Notes: generated by a model not told the origin, from the letters alone. Counted from the first letter of the stretch, positions 8,404 through 18,904 are shown. The stretch: DNA of 64,000 bases from an uncultured Acidobacteriaceae bacterium (GCA_963806745.1 CAWEAB010000023.1:47063-111062), one strand, 5' to 3'. Numbers and translations: made by a program.

Positions 8404-10534
8404 TTGACGAGTTCTGCGTTGAGAAATTCTGCGTTGGTTATTTTCTTGTCGTGGTTGTTTTTAATGCCGGCTTTGGGACAGACGCCAAAGGTGGAAAAGT
8501 CATCCTCTGAATCGGCGGTGGTGGAGCGGGTGGGGGATACGGCGTTTCTCCGGGTGCTGGCGCCGAGTTTTGCGGCGCTGACGCCGCGGCAGCAGGCGCT
8601 GGCCTACTGGCTGACGCAGGCTTCGATTGCGATCGATCCGATTATCTATGACCAGTTTTCGGCTTATGGGTTGCGGCAGAAGCGCGTGCTGGAGGAGATC
8701 GTGGCGCACTCCAAGGGCGTGAATCCCATCGTGCGCGACAAGATTGCGGCGTACACGAAGGTGTTCTGGGCCAATCGGGGCAATCATAACGACATTACTT
8801 CGCAGAAATTTTTGCCGGGATTTACGTTTGTGAATTTGCGGCTTGCGGCCGCGTCGGCTTGGCAGAATGGCGGATTCAGGACGGCTTATGGCGATATGCC
8901 GGCGTTTGAGTCGGTGGCGGCGGTGAAGCGCGAGGTGGACGACTTGCGGGCGGCATTTTTCGATCCTGAGTTTGAACCGATGGAAGTGGCGAAGAGTCCG
9001 GGCGGGGGGAAGGACGTGATTCAGGCGAGTTCGAATACTTTTTATCCGGGATTGAGCCTGGAGGATTTGAAGGGATTTGAGGAGAAGTATCCGCTGAATT
9101 CGCGGGTGGTGCGCGGGGCGGATGGGAAGCTGACGGAACTCGTGTATCGGGCGGGCACGCCGGACGGCAAGGTTCCGCCGGGACTCTATGCGGTTTATTT
9201 GAAGAAGGCGAATGAGTGCCTGGCGAAGGCGCGCGGTTATGCGGAACCGGGGCAGGCGGAGGCGATTGGGCATTTGATCCGCTATTACGAGACGGGCGAA
9301 TATTCGGAGTGGGTGGCGTTTGGAATCGCCTGGGTGCAGAACAACGCGACGGTGGATTTCGATAACGGGTTCATCGAGGTGTATCGCGACGCGCGCGGGG
9401 CGAAGGGGAGTTCGCAGGCGTTTGTGACGATTACCGACAAGCCGAATACGGCGGCGATTACCAAGCTGGCGGAGAATGCGGCTTACTTTGAGTCGAAGGC
9501 GCCATGGCTGGACCAATACAAGAGGACTTCGTTCAAGGCGACTTCGGTGAAGGCGGTAGAGACGCTGACCGAGACGGGCGACTTCAGCGTGAGCACGATC
9601 GGCGACAATCTGCCGAACGAAAATGAAATTCACGAGAAGTATGGCTCGAAGAATTTTATTTTTACTGGCAGCATGCGGGCGCTGAACGCGGCGATCGGGA
9701 CGGCGCTGATTGGGGAGTTCGCGCCGGATGCGGCGACCGCGGAGCGCGGCCGGAAGTATGGTCCGCAGGCGGCGGATTTGCTGGTGGATATGCATGAGGT
9801 GATCGGGCATGGGTCGGGAAAGTTGAGCGAGCGGGTGAGCGCGGGGGCGCAGTCGTATCTGAAAGGAGTATTTTTCGACGCTCGAAGAGGGACGCGCCGA
9901 TCTGATGGCGCTGTGGAACGTGTGGGATCCGAAGCTGAAGGAGCTGGGGCTGATTACCGATCAGGAGGAAGTGGCCAAGGCGATGTACGATCGCGCGGCG
10001 GCGGTGGCGCTGACGCAGCTGAGCAGGATTCCGAAGGGCGACACGATTGAGGAAGATCACGAGCGCGACCGGTCGTTGATCGCAAACTATATTGCCGACC
10101 GGGTGCCGGGGTCGATTGAGCAGTTCAAGCGCGACGGGAAGACTTATGTGCGGGTGGCGGATTACGAGAAGATGCGGAAGGGCGTCGGGATGCTGCTGGC
10201 GGAATTGATGCGCATCAAGGCGGAGGGAGATTACGACGCGATCAAGGCGCTGGTGGAGAAGTATGGAGTGCATTTCGATCCGGCGCTGCGGGATGAGGTG
10301 ATGGCGCGGTATCAGAAACTGAATCTGCCGACTTACTTTGCGGGCGTGAATGCCCGGCTGACGGCGCGGTTTGGGAAGGATGGGGCGGTGGAGAAGGTGG
10401 AGATTGGGGAGCCGGATGTGGTGGGGCAGTATCTGGAGTATGGGGCGATGTTTGACGCGGGGCTGCGGGGAGAGGGGGCGGTAAGGGTAAACAAGGGAAG
10501 AGGGAAGATTTCTTTCCTGGATCGGGCGGCGTAG
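8404..10534 (+). CDS. Secreted M49-family zinc peptidase (dipeptidyl-peptidase III-like), frame broken at about 9866
   Basis: GGAGG-6 nt-TTG 8404, then a signal-like LTSSALRNSALVIFLSWLFLMPALGQ. HEVIGHGSGKL is in the first fragment. LEEGRADLMALWNVWDP appears once one base is removed from AAAGGAGTAT. The span is 3n+1. Confidence 0.85.
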
Positions 10535-10554
10535 CTTCGCAGGTGCAGGCGGTT

Positions 10555-10645
10555 GTGGTACCCACCCTTCGCAACGTGCGCGAAGAGTGGGGCACCCCGT
10601 CGTGTTGGTGGCAACGAAAGTTAAAAGCCCGGGCCACCCGCCCGA
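10555..10645. repeat. REP-like element, family D (translates as PTLRNVREEWGTP)
   Basis: GGTACCCACCCTTCGCAACGTGCGCGAAGAGTGGGGCACCCC. A related unit lies inside the CDS at about 24655-24712. Confidence 0.6.
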
Positions 10646-10649
10646 CTCT

Positions 10650-11069
10650 TCACTTGAGCGATGACCAGAAACGGTCGATTCCAATATTGAGCTTGATTAG
10701 AGGCGTGCTACTCGCGGTGTCATGACGATGGAAATAAACCGCGCCCTCTGGGGACGTCGTGTCCACAAAGAAGTAATCGCCGCCAGCGTCGACTGCAAAG
10801 GGAAAGAAGTTTACCGGAACTACCTTCCGATCTAGCACAAGGTCATGATACGCAGCAATTGCAGTGTCCCCGTTTTCCACCTTGAGGGGGAGAAACTCGG
10901 CAACGAGTGTATCCAACTTCTCGTCTTGAAAACCCGCAGGATCCGGAATGCCACCATTCGCCGAGAGGTAAAGCGTGCGTACCGCTGCCGGGAATCGAAG
11001 ACCCAGCTGCGTTTCCACATCTGCGATATCCTGCGGTGTGATAGTGGTGTACGAGTCCATAAATCTCAT
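10650..11069 (-). CDS. SMI1/KNR4 (SUKH-1) family protein
   Basis: 139 aa. VETQLGLRFPAAVRTLYLSANGG near the N-terminus and FFPFAVDAGGDYFFVD later, as in SUKH immunity-type proteins. Confidence 0.75.
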   Translation of the reverse strand: MRFMDSYTTITPQDIADVETQLGLRFPAAVRTLYLSANGGIPDPAGFQDEKLDTLVAEFLPLKVENGDTAIAAYHDLVLDRKVVPVNFFPFAVDAGGDYFFVDTTSPEGAVYFHRHDTASSTPLIKLNIGIDRFWSSLK

Positions 11070-11189
11070 TTGTATTCTTTCCCTTTCGCTTTCTCATTTG
11101 GCGAACGCCACCCGAGTGCCCCATGCCAGGATGCTTATCCAAAAGTCCGGTCCAGCCGCCCAAATTGGGCGCTTCGATTTTTGCCAGCC

Positions 11190-11621
11190 CTATTCCTCAT
11201 CAATGGTCACGTGAACCTCTTTCATCTCCTTAATCTCCGCGATAACAATCGCATGTGTCCCATTGCGCTCGAATGCGATCCCGCTGGCTCGCACGTATTT
11301 GCCCACGAAGGGCATCAGCTTTTTCATCTGACTGTAGTCGGGCATTTTGTCGGAGATAGCTTGATAGAGGTCGCCATCCTTAGTCAGGATGGCGATCGGC
11401 GAACCGGCCCTCACGCAGTCTCGCGCGCACTTGAGGCTCAAGCTGGTCGCGTTGCCATCGAGGTTCTGAATGGGGCATGCGATATCCCGCACCAGGCCTT
11501 CAATAGTGACTTGCGATCGGTTTGCGCGAGAACCTTCCATCGACGTTTTGTGCGCGGGTTGAGACGACGCCAGGACGATCTCGCAGCAGGCTAGCAAGCA
11601 GATACTGAAGGGCCGGATCAT
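11190..11621 (-). CDS. Hypothetical exported protein
   Basis: 143-aa ORF with the hydrophobic N-terminus MIRPFSICLLACCEIVLASS and protein-like composition. No family recognised. Confidence 0.5.
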   Translation of the reverse strand: MIRPFSICLLACCEIVLASSQPAHKTSMEGSRANRSQVTIEGLVRDIACPIQNLDGNATSLSLKCARDCVRAGSPIAILTKDGDLYQAISDKMPDYSQMKKLMPFVGKYVRASGIAFERNGTHAIVIAEIKEMKEVHVTIDEE

Positions 11622-11725
11622 TGGTTCTCCCTTTCACGAGCAATTGATTCCTCTGCAATCCGCGGCTCGTGACACCGACAAGCAGCAAGGCGGAATGCGA
11701 GCGCTGCCACCGCGAGCCGGCAGAT

Positions 11726-12142
11726 TTACGCTGGCTTGTAGATCAGGCCGATGGCTACGCCCACGACAATCCACTGAATGAAGTAAGCGATGGATTGATA
11801 GATGGTCAACGTGAGGCCGATGTTCAGGTTGATGTAATTGTGGATGGCGAAGGTGCAGACCGAGAACAGGCCGATGAGCGCGCCGAGATATAGGCCCGAT
11901 ACGATGCCGCCGCCAGCGGTATAGATTCTTGCGTAGAGAATGACGACGACCACGATGGCGATGAAGATGGCGACCATGCCGTAGGGCATCACCTTCATCA
12001 TTTCTTCCTTGGGGCGATAGACATTGGGATATTTCGAGAATTCGGTTTTCATGGAGGGCCATGCGGCGAACATGGCAAAGCCATAGATGAAGTAGGCGAC
12101 CATAGCCCCGAGGGAGGCTAATGCGATGCGGGCGTAGTTCAC
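11726..12142 (-). CDS. Small integral membrane protein (DUF1761-like architecture)
   Basis: 138 aa with four hydrophobic segments. Same architecture as ORF 48312-48731. Confidence 0.6.
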   Translation of the reverse strand: MNYARIALASLGAMVAYFIYGFAMFAAWPSMKTEFSKYPNVYRPKEEMMKVMPYGMVAIFIAIVVVVILYARIYTAGGGIVSGLYLGALIGLFSVCTFAIHNYINLNIGLTLTIYQSIAYFIQWIVVGVAIGLIYKPA

Positions 12143-12396
12143 GGTGACTCCTGTTGAGGCGGGGTTGGATGCGCCGGAGAATTCTACATCAGGGGGTTAC
12201 TCGGCGGATGTTGACCGGAAACCGGCGTCAATCCAGGTGTTTATTCGAGCCGTCGAGTTTGTCGTAACGCAGCGTGCAACTCCCGATGGGACGGTGATCA
12301 TCACAGAAGCCGCGCCCAGGAAGGACGAGCAGAGCTCGAAGTAGATCTACCGACCTTCTGACGGGATAGGCCGAAGCTTTTCGGCTGGAGGTTGGT

Positions 12397-13530
12397 ATGG
12401 CAGCGCGCCGCTGGCAGTGGTTTTCTTTCGTCTTGATCGCCTTCGTCTTCGCGTGGGCGACTCCTTTACAGGCCGGCTCGCAGGCAACCGGGCCGGAATA
12501 CGTCTACACCTCGAATTTTGGAGATTTCACGATCTCCGGATTTTCCGTCAATGCGGATACGGGCAAGCTCACTAAAATCAAAGGCTCGCCGTTCCCAACC
12601 GGAGTCGGACCGCTGAACTTTGCCGCCAGCCGCAATGGGCATTTCCTTTACCTGACGCTGGGACAGTGGTCTCCGGGCGGCCCGTGCGGCAATGATCTTG
12701 CGGACGGGGTCAGCTACGCGATCGCGCCCACGACGGGAGAATTGACGCAATTGGACGAGGTCACCTTGCCGGATTATTGTCCGTCGGACTTGATTGTCGA
12801 TCGGACAGGCAAGTTTGTATATGTGGCGCTGATCGACTGGGGACCTCCCAAGGTCGGAGCGATCGCCGGTCTTAAAACCAAAGGCGGGGTTTTGACGCCG
12901 GTTGACGGCACGCCATTCTTATCGCCCATCGAAGCCCCTGCCGGACAAGGTGCGGCGATAGGGGCGTTGGCGCTTTCGCACGATGAGACCGTGTTGTATG
13001 CATCGGATCCGAATGATGCTGCCGGAATTCTCATTTTCGACCGTGACACGAGCAGCGGCGCGCTGACGTTCCGCACAACCTTTGACTCGGAGAGCCCTTT
13101 CGGGCCAATTGCGATTACGCCGTCGGGCAAATATCTGGTGGCGGCTCCGCCTGTGGGGGCTGGCTTGTACGTGTACTCGATCGGCACGAACGGCGATCTG
13201 ACAGCGGTTCCCGGTTCTCCGTTTGCGAGCCCCGACAATAACTACGTGAGTGCCATGAGCATTTCGCCGAATGGGAAATTTGTGGCGGTCGCTGAACAGG
13301 GAGGAATTGTCGTGCAAAAGATCACTCCCAAGAATGGCGCATTGACCCTGGTACCGGGTTCTCCGTTTGGAGGTTACTTTCCTATGGCGATCACGTTCGA
13401 CCCGTCGGGAGAATTTGTGTATGTGCCGGGAACTGGCTACAGGATCGACCCGGAGACTGGTGTTCTGACAAAGGTTGGGACCTTTAAAACCGGGAGCTAC
13501 GCGCTCGACATTATTGGGGTTCGGCAATAG
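12397..13530 (+). CDS. Secreted beta-propeller protein (lactonase / 6-phosphogluconolactonase-like family)
   Basis: Signal peptide FSFVLIAFVFAWATPLQA. Repeated blade-like units (G.L..I.GSPF, YLVAAPP, FVAVAEQ, FVYVPG). GGAGG before the ATG. Confidence 0.6.
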   Translation: MAARRWQWFSFVLIAFVFAWATPLQAGSQATGPEYVYTSNFGDFTISGFSVNADTGKLTKIKGSPFPTGVGPLNFAASRNGHFLYLTLGQWSPGGPCGNDLADGVSYAIAPTTGELTQLDEVTLPDYCPSDLIVDRTGKFVYVALIDWGPPKVGAIAGLKTKGGVLTPVDGTPFLSPIEAPAGQGAAIGALALSHDETVLYASDPNDAAGILIFDRDTSSGALTFRTTFDSESPFGPIAITPSGKYLVAAPPVGAGLYVYSIGTNGDLTAVPGSPFASPDNNYVSAMSISPNGKFVAVAEQGGIVVQKITPKNGALTLVPGSPFGGYFPMAITFDPSGEFVYVPGTGYRIDPETGVLTKVGTFKTGSYALDIIGVRQ

Positions 13531-13540
13531 AACTCGTTGG

Positions 13541-14026
13541 TCAGCCTCGTGCTGCCGCTTCGATGGCGGCCACGTCGATTTTCTTCATGGTCATCATCGC
13601 ATCGAAGGCGCGTTTGGCCGCTGCGCCACCGGCCGCCAGGGCTTCGGTGAGTGCGCGGGGCGTAATCTGCCAGGAAATTCCCCATTTATCCTTGCACCAG
13701 CCGCATTGGCTTTCCTGCCCGCCATTGCCGACAATGGCGTTCCAGTAGCGGTCGGTTTCCTCCTGATTGTCGGTCGCGATCTGGAAGGAGAAGGCCTCGC
13801 TGTGCTTGAACATGGGACCGCCATTGAGGCCGATGCAAGGAATGCCCGCCACGGTGAATTCAACGGTCAGAGCGTCGCCCTTCTTGCCGCCGGGATAGTC
13901 GGACGGGGCGCGGTGCACGGCGAGCACGCTGCTGTCCGAGAAGGTTTCGGCGTAGAAGCGGGCTGCGGCCTCGGCGTCGCGGTCAAACCATAAAAAGACA
14001 GTATTCTTAGCTGTTTTCCTGGCCAT
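13541..14026 (-). CDS. VOC/glyoxalase-superfamily protein of the PhnB / 3-demethylubiquinone methyltransferase-like domain family
   Basis: FLWFDRDAEAAARFY, LTVEFTVAGIPCIGLNGGPMFKHSEAFSF, CGWCKDKWGISWQITP. Confidence 0.8.
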   Translation of the reverse strand: MARKTAKNTVFLWFDRDAEAAARFYAETFSDSSVLAVHRAPSDYPGGKKGDALTVEFTVAGIPCIGLNGGPMFKHSEAFSFQIATDNQEETDRYWNAIVGNGGQESQCGWCKDKWGISWQITPRALTEALAAGGAAAKRAFDAMMTMKKIDVAAIEAAARG

Positions 14027-14197
14027 CTTGGCGAATCCTTTCGGTGGCGGGCGTTGCGCGCGTCACGTCGATTGTATTGCTTGACGAGACGCCGCCGAGA
14101 ATTTGGATGGCATTGCCTCATCGCGGGTTATCCCGTAGGTGCGGTGCCGGTTCTGAGGGTAATGGGGTTGTGGCGCCGATTTGCTCCTGCGGGCATG

Positions 14198-14262
14198 GGG
14201 TGCTTCGACTATGCCGGCTCGCTTCGCTCACCTGGCTTCCCTCCGGATGGCAGCACAAGGGG
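14198..14262. repeat. REP-like element, family B variant
   Basis: CTTCGACTATGCCGGCTCGCTTCGCTCACC matches CTTCGACTGCGCGGGCTCGCTTCGCTCGC at 16381. Confidence 0.6.
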
Positions 14263-14276
14263 TAGGGAAATCACCG

Positions 14277-15422
14277 CTATTGAGAGGCGCTTTCTCCGGG
14301 CATGGGATGCTGCTGCTCATCGGCCTGCGGGACTAGCTGCTGGTAGATGGCTCGCGGGACATTGGATTCCCAGTAGCCGGATGTTTTCGCGAAGCCTACG
14401 ATTCCGAAAAACAGAATGGCGATTCCTGCCGCCATCGCCCAGACCGGAACTTGCGGCGGCGTGAGGCCGGGGAGTTTTGGCAGAGAGAGGTTCAGCGTGT
14501 CTTTGGCGGGGCAGACGGCTACACACTCGAGACAGCCGGTGCATTCCGCGGACTTGATGGTCATTAACTTGTCGACCGGTAGCAACGAGGGACAGGCTTT
14601 GGCGCACTTGGCGCAATCGATGCAGCTCTCGGCGTTGCGGCGGATGCGGGCGGGGCTGATAAGCGCGGTGATTCCAAGGAGCGCGCCGTAGGGGCAGAGA
14701 TAGCGGCACCAGAAATTCTGGATGAAGAGAGAGGCGATGGCGAGGAAAGCGAGCACGATGGCGGCGGTCTCGCCGAGGTGGCGGAAGAAGTTCAGCATGC
14801 GGACGTCAGCGATGATGCCGTAGGGGCTGGCCATGAAGGCGGAGATTTCGTCGGCTCCCATCGAAAAGGCGGCTACAACGAAGAAGGCCAGCAGCAGGTA
14901 TTTCAGGCTGCGGAGGGCGAGGTCGAGCCAGCGCGGCAGGTGAAAGTTGCGGCGGAATAATTTTTGGCCGGCGCGCCAGAGGTATTCGGAGAGGGTGCCG
15001 ACCGGGCAGAGCCAACTGCAAAATGCTTTGCGGAAGAGAAAGGAGATGGCGAGGAAGGCGATAAGGAGAAACATAGCCGCGGGATGGACGGTGGGCACGT
15101 GATGAGAGAGCAGGAGGTAGCGGAGGTTCATGAGGCCGGCGATGGGGAGCCAGCCTTCGATTCCGGCCGGGCGGGGCATGGAGGTTGATGCGCCGCCCGG
15201 TTCGAATTGTCTTACCCAGATATAGAAGATGGCGCCTAGCCACCCGTTGAGGAGGAGGAAGGCTGCCTGGAAGACGCGGCGGGCCGGTTGGGAATAGTCG
15301 CGATCGGTGCGGCGGATCAGTTTTTTCTTTGGGCTCGCGGTTGGAGTCGAGTGTGCTCCTTGCGTTGCGGTTAGCGGAGTTGCCGCGATTTCTGGAGTTT
15401 CGATTTGCACTTGCGTTCCCAT
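14277..15422 (-). CDS. Polytopic membrane 4Fe-4S ferredoxin-type protein (NapH/MauN-like)
   Basis: CSWLCPVG and CRYLCPYG membrane motifs, plus two ferredoxin motifs CIDCAKCAKACP and CTGCLECVAVCP. Confidence 0.8.
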   Translation of the reverse strand: MGTQVQIETPEIAATPLTATQGAHSTPTASPKKKLIRRTDRDYSQPARRVFQAAFLLLNGWLGAIFYIWVRQFEPGGASTSMPRPAGIEGWLPIAGLMNLRYLLLSHHVPTVHPAAMFLLIAFLAISFLFRKAFCSWLCPVGTLSEYLWRAGQKLFRRNFHLPRWLDLALRSLKYLLLAFFVVAAFSMGADEISAFMASPYGIIADVRMLNFFRHLGETAAIVLAFLAIASLFIQNFWCRYLCPYGALLGITALISPARIRRNAESCIDCAKCAKACPSLLPVDKLMTIKSAECTGCLECVAVCPAKDTLNLSLPKLPGLTPPQVPVWAMAAGIAILFFGIVGFAKTSGYWESNVPRAIYQQLVPQADEQQHPMPGESASQ

Positions 15423-15545
15423 GACGCCATCCTTGGTCTAAGCCTAACGGGCGTGCGAACATCTGCATGTGACCTATGTCACGCCGCTAATTTTTTTGCC
15501 TGGTTGGTTGCAGGTTGGCCTCCCGGCGTCCGGTCGTGATAAATC

Positions 15546-16317
15546 TTGTACTTGCCGATTCAGGTTGCCATCTTTCTTTTTTTTGCCGGAGCGCTGGGGG
15601 GCGCCCTGAATGCCGTCGCGGGCGGTGGAAGCTTTATTGCCTTTCCCGCGCTGCTGTTTACCGGAGTTGCGCCAATTCCGGCCAACGCTACCAATACCGT
15701 CGCTCTGTGGGTGGGAACTACTGCGAGCAGCGGCGCTTATCGCAAACATCTGGATATATCGCGGCGGGTGATGGTTCCGCTGGCCGTGACCAGCGTGATC
15801 GGCGGAATTGCCGGGGCTTATCTTTTGCTGCATACGCCGGCACAGACTTTTTTGCGCGTGCTGCCATGGCTGATGCTGGGCGCGACCTTGCTGTTTATGT
15901 TTGGCGCGAAACTGGCGCGGTCGAACGAGGGACTCTCGCGGGATATTTCAACTTCGGCGCTGGTGTTTGCTTCAGTATTCGAGCTGGTCGTGTCGGTATA
16001 TGGAGGTTATTTTGGCGGCGGCGTGGGGATTCTGAATCTGGCGATGCTGGCCGTGATCGGGATGACTGACATTCATGCGATGAACGCGCTGAAAGTGGTG
16101 CTGGGCGGGATTATTAATGGCGTCGCGGTGATTACGTTCATCGTGAAGGGCGCGGTGGTCTGGAAGCAGGGGACGATCATGATTGTGGGGGCGCTGGTGG
16201 GCGGATATCTGGGCGGCGCACTATGCGCAGAAGCTGCCCGCGGCTTGGATTCGGGGGTTTGTGATTGTTGTGGGGATTGGGATGACGGGTTATTTTTTCT
16301 GGAAGGCGTACGCGTAG
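15546..16317 (+). CDS. TauE/SafE-family anion exporter, frame broken at about 16215
   Basis: GGGSFIAFPALLFTGVAPIPANATNTVAL. After GGYLG the membrane-like end AHYAQKLPAAWIRGFVIVVGIGMTGYFFWKAYA continues in another frame to TAG 16315-16317. The span is 3n+1. Confidence 0.8.
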
Positions 16318-16380
16318 CGAGGCTTAATCCGGCAGTGCGGGGAGAACTGCCCTGAGCTGCAACTTGTAGGCTGCGAGTGC

Positions 16381-16438
16381 AGGGGTCCTTCGACTGCGCG
16401 GGCTCGCTTCGCTCGCGGCGCTACGCTCAGGATGACAG
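16381..16438. repeat. REP-like element, family B
   Basis: ...GGCTCGCTTCGCTCGCGGCGCTACGCTCAGGATGACAG. It overlaps the 3' end of the HAD ORF. Confidence 0.65.
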
Positions 16439-17203
16439 TTTTATTTTAGATTGCAGATTCGTGGCGAAGCTGTGACGTCGAGCGAATACGCGGTTTATAT
16501 CCTGCAATTCTTTTTCACTTCGCGGCGGCGAGGATTTGTTCCAGCGAATATTCTGGAGTTCGCCGATACGTTCGATGGTGATGTCCGGCTTGGGGAATTG
16601 GGCTACCAGCTTGGCATCTAGCGCGTAGTGGCCCTGGCGTGGAAACACTGTGGTTACTCGCTTGCCCCACTTTTCTTTTATGGCAGAGAGCAGACGGACT
16701 TTGTCGTCGACCATTACGTAGTGCTTCGCCGGATATTTGGCTTCCACGTCGTCCAGTTCGAGTTCTTTGTGGACATAGATGAGGACGTGGCCTTCGAAGG
16801 CGTCGTAGAGGCCGGAGCGATCGACCTTGCGCGGCTGGAAGACTACGTCGCCGTCGCTGAGAATCACCGCCTGGCCGAGTTGGCGCGCGTGATCGACGGC
16901 GTCCAGCGACTCGGGAAAGAGGCGGTTGGCGAACGGGTAGTTGATCATGAAATAGGAAACTTCGAGGAGCTTGGGGTCGCGGGGACGCTCGATGCGGTAG
17001 CGCTGGAGGGCTCCGAGGTAGTCGGCATAGCCGAGCTCGGTGCGGAGCTGCTCGAAGATCTGCCAGTAACGCTGGGCAGCTTCGGCGCTGACCTTGTTCT
17101 GCAGATGGCGCTGGAGGTCGGCGGAGACGCGATCATTGTCGATCAGGGTGTTGTCGACGTCAAAGAGGAAAACGATGTGGGAGGTGGCGTCGGCGCGATT
17201 CAT
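16427..17203 (-). CDS. HAD-superfamily hydrolase
   Basis: FLFDVDNTLIDND (DxDxT motif I), later ILSDGD and VMVDDK. Confidence 0.75.
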   Translation of the reverse strand: MNRADATSHIVFLFDVDNTLIDNDRVSADLQRHLQNKVSAEAAQRYWQIFEQLRTELGYADYLGALQRYRIERPRDPKLLEVSYFMINYPFANRLFPESLDAVDHARQLGQAVILSDGDVVFQPRKVDRSGLYDAFEGHVLIYVHKELELDDVEAKYPAKHYVMVDDKVRLLSAIKEKWGKRVTTVFPRQGHYALDAKLVAQFPKPDITIERIGELQNIRWNKSSPPRSEKELQDINRVFARRHSFATNLQSKIKLSS

Positions 17204-17260
17204 GGTGGTTGTCTCTGGGAGCGATCATAAATTATGTCCCGGGGAGTGGGTTGGCCGGGG

Positions 17261-17305
17261 AACTTCTTTTCCCGCGGATCACACGGATTTTCTCAGATGG
17301 ATTCG
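17261..17305. repeat. REP-like element, family E (GAACTTCT.TTCC.GCGGAT..CACGGATTT)
   Basis: Matches 29034-29090. Confidence 0.6.
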
Positions 17306-17953
17306 TTCAGGAGTGAGCATTGTTGCTGCTGGAATCTGAGCGTGGGAAGACCCCATTTTGCCGCATAAATATTGGGGTTGAGATGGGCTTGCCTTGGCTG
17401 GCCGGGTGTAGTAAAAAGGCACTTCTCACTCTGGGGGATAAACCGCCGTAGCCGGGACGAAACCCTTTGCCTCACGAATCCGCCATTCACGCATCTCAGG
17501 AGAACCCTCGTGGAACATATTGATGCAGTGATCATGAAGCGCTTCGATACGCGCTCCAGTCGGCCGTGCGAATTTTGCCGGGAGCTTGATCCGCAATTTA
17601 CCCATCGCCGGCCGCTCGACCAGATGGTCGCGACTGCCCGCAAAGCGACTGCGGCAGCACATTTGACGGAAGACGGCTATGTGAGGCACCGGATCCTGGA
17701 ATTGAGGCGAATTACGGCCCGGGCGCCGCTGAATGCGGCATAAGTGCAATATTTTGCTGTGTTGCTTATGGCCGAAGGTAATGACAATTTTCTACGCAAC
17801 TTCACCCTTCCTTTGAGTTCTAATTGAGTGGTCCCGAATCGCCCGAGTTCGGGGAACTCGAACTTTCTAATCCCGAATGTCTGAACGAAGAGATTCGCGT
17901 TTCGGGCGTGCCGGGACGGAGTACGTGCCGACGATGATACGAGGAGGCCGCCG

Positions 17954-18775
17954 ATGCTGGCCGCTCGACGATTATCTTTCCTGTTAGCGCTGTCACCTCT
18001 TTGTTTGATTGCTTGTTTGCCCTTGCCCCTTCGGGCACAGAGTCCCTACATGGATTTTCACGGCGTTCCAGCTTCCGGTATTGGGGGAACGAGCGCCGCG
18101 TTTTCCGCCGTGCGGCCCAACGCGAACGCATATGGGGGAGCGGCGTTCGGGTGCTGTGCGAGTTTCTTCTTTCCGTCCAGTTTTTCGCCGATGGTCCCTT
18201 ATCCGTCGTTTGGGACCGATCAGCGTTCCCACCACGGTCATCGCCGGCATAGACATGACGGCGATGTGGTCGTGGCCGAGCCTGTCTTTATTCCGCTGGC
18301 ATTGCCCTATGCGGCGGACCCAGAGGATGACGCGGACGAGCCGGACGAAGCTGGACCGGCGAGAGGGGAACCCACCAGGGCAGCGCAGGCTGATACTCCG
18401 AGCGGAAGTAGGGCTGAACGCCGGCTGGCGACTATAAATGGAATTCCCGAATCCGAGGAGCAGGGCGCGGGCGGAAATGCAGGGGAAGATTTGGTCGCGA
18501 GCGGGGACGCAGGTTCGGCCGCGCTGGCGTCACCAGCCGAGGTAGCTCCCGGTCCGCCGGAACCGGTGGTTGCGCAGCCGACTACGGTGCTGGTGTTTAA
18601 GGATGGACACCGCTCTGAGGTCGTCAATTACGCGATCGTGGGGGATACATTGTTTGATTTCTCCGGAGAGCGTGCGCGCAAGATTGCGATTGCGGATCTT
18701 GATATCGCGGCCACCCAAAAAGTGAATGACGCAGCCGGCGTGGAGTTTAAGTTGCCGTCGGCCACGGCGAACTAG
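17954..18775 (+). CDS. Hypothetical secreted protein with His-rich and acidic low-complexity regions
   Basis: Signal peptide LSFLLALSPLCLIACLPLPLRAQ and GAGGAGG before the ATG. The ordered C-terminal segment is TVLVFKDGHRSEVVNYAIVGDTLFDF. Confidence 0.6.
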   Translation: MLAARRLSFLLALSPLCLIACLPLPLRAQSPYMDFHGVPASGIGGTSAAFSAVRPNANAYGGAAFGCCASFFFPSSFSPMVPYPSFGTDQRSHHGHRRHRHDGDVVVAEPVFIPLALPYAADPEDDADEPDEAGPARGEPTRAAQADTPSGSRAERRLATINGIPESEEQGAGGNAGEDLVASGDAGSAALASPAEVAPGPPEPVVAQPTTVLVFKDGHRSEVVNYAIVGDTLFDFSGERARKIAIADLDIAATQKVNDAAGVEFKLPSATAN

Positions 18776-18874
18776 GCGGGCACGATTTCAGATTTTTTTG
18801 GAAATGCCAGCCGCTCGCCAAGCCCTGACGGCGACGCTACCTTCGCGGTGTTCCCTTTCTTGGGCCATTTCCGC

Positions 18875-18904
18875 TTGACACTTCCTTACCTGTTAATGGA
18901 TACT
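18875..18904 (+). promoter_or_regulatory. Candidate argR promoter: TTGACA-18 nt-GATACT
   Basis: TTGACA at 18875-18880 and GATACT at 18899-18904. The -10 lies inside ARG box 1. Confidence 0.45.

Noticed and set aside
8500-10684. Minus-strand ORFs 8500-9810 (436 aa) and 9662-10684 (340 aa)
   Set aside because: They are antisense to the M49 peptidase gene, with Arg/Pro/His-rich low-complexity translations. The second also reads through a REP element.
14054-15833. ORFs 14054-14464 (+), 14806-15468 (-) and 15474-15833 (-)
   Set aside because: They overlap REP elements, or the 4Fe-4S and TauE genes, in other frames. Their translations are Arg/Pro-rich without motifs.
17372-17749. Overlapping roughly 105-125-aa ORFs on both strands as a toxin-antitoxin pair or transposase remnant
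   Set aside because: No RelE/ParE/HigB, PIN, HTH, DDE or tyrosine-recombinase motifs could be recognised in any frame. The region is kept only as an unexplained region in the findings.
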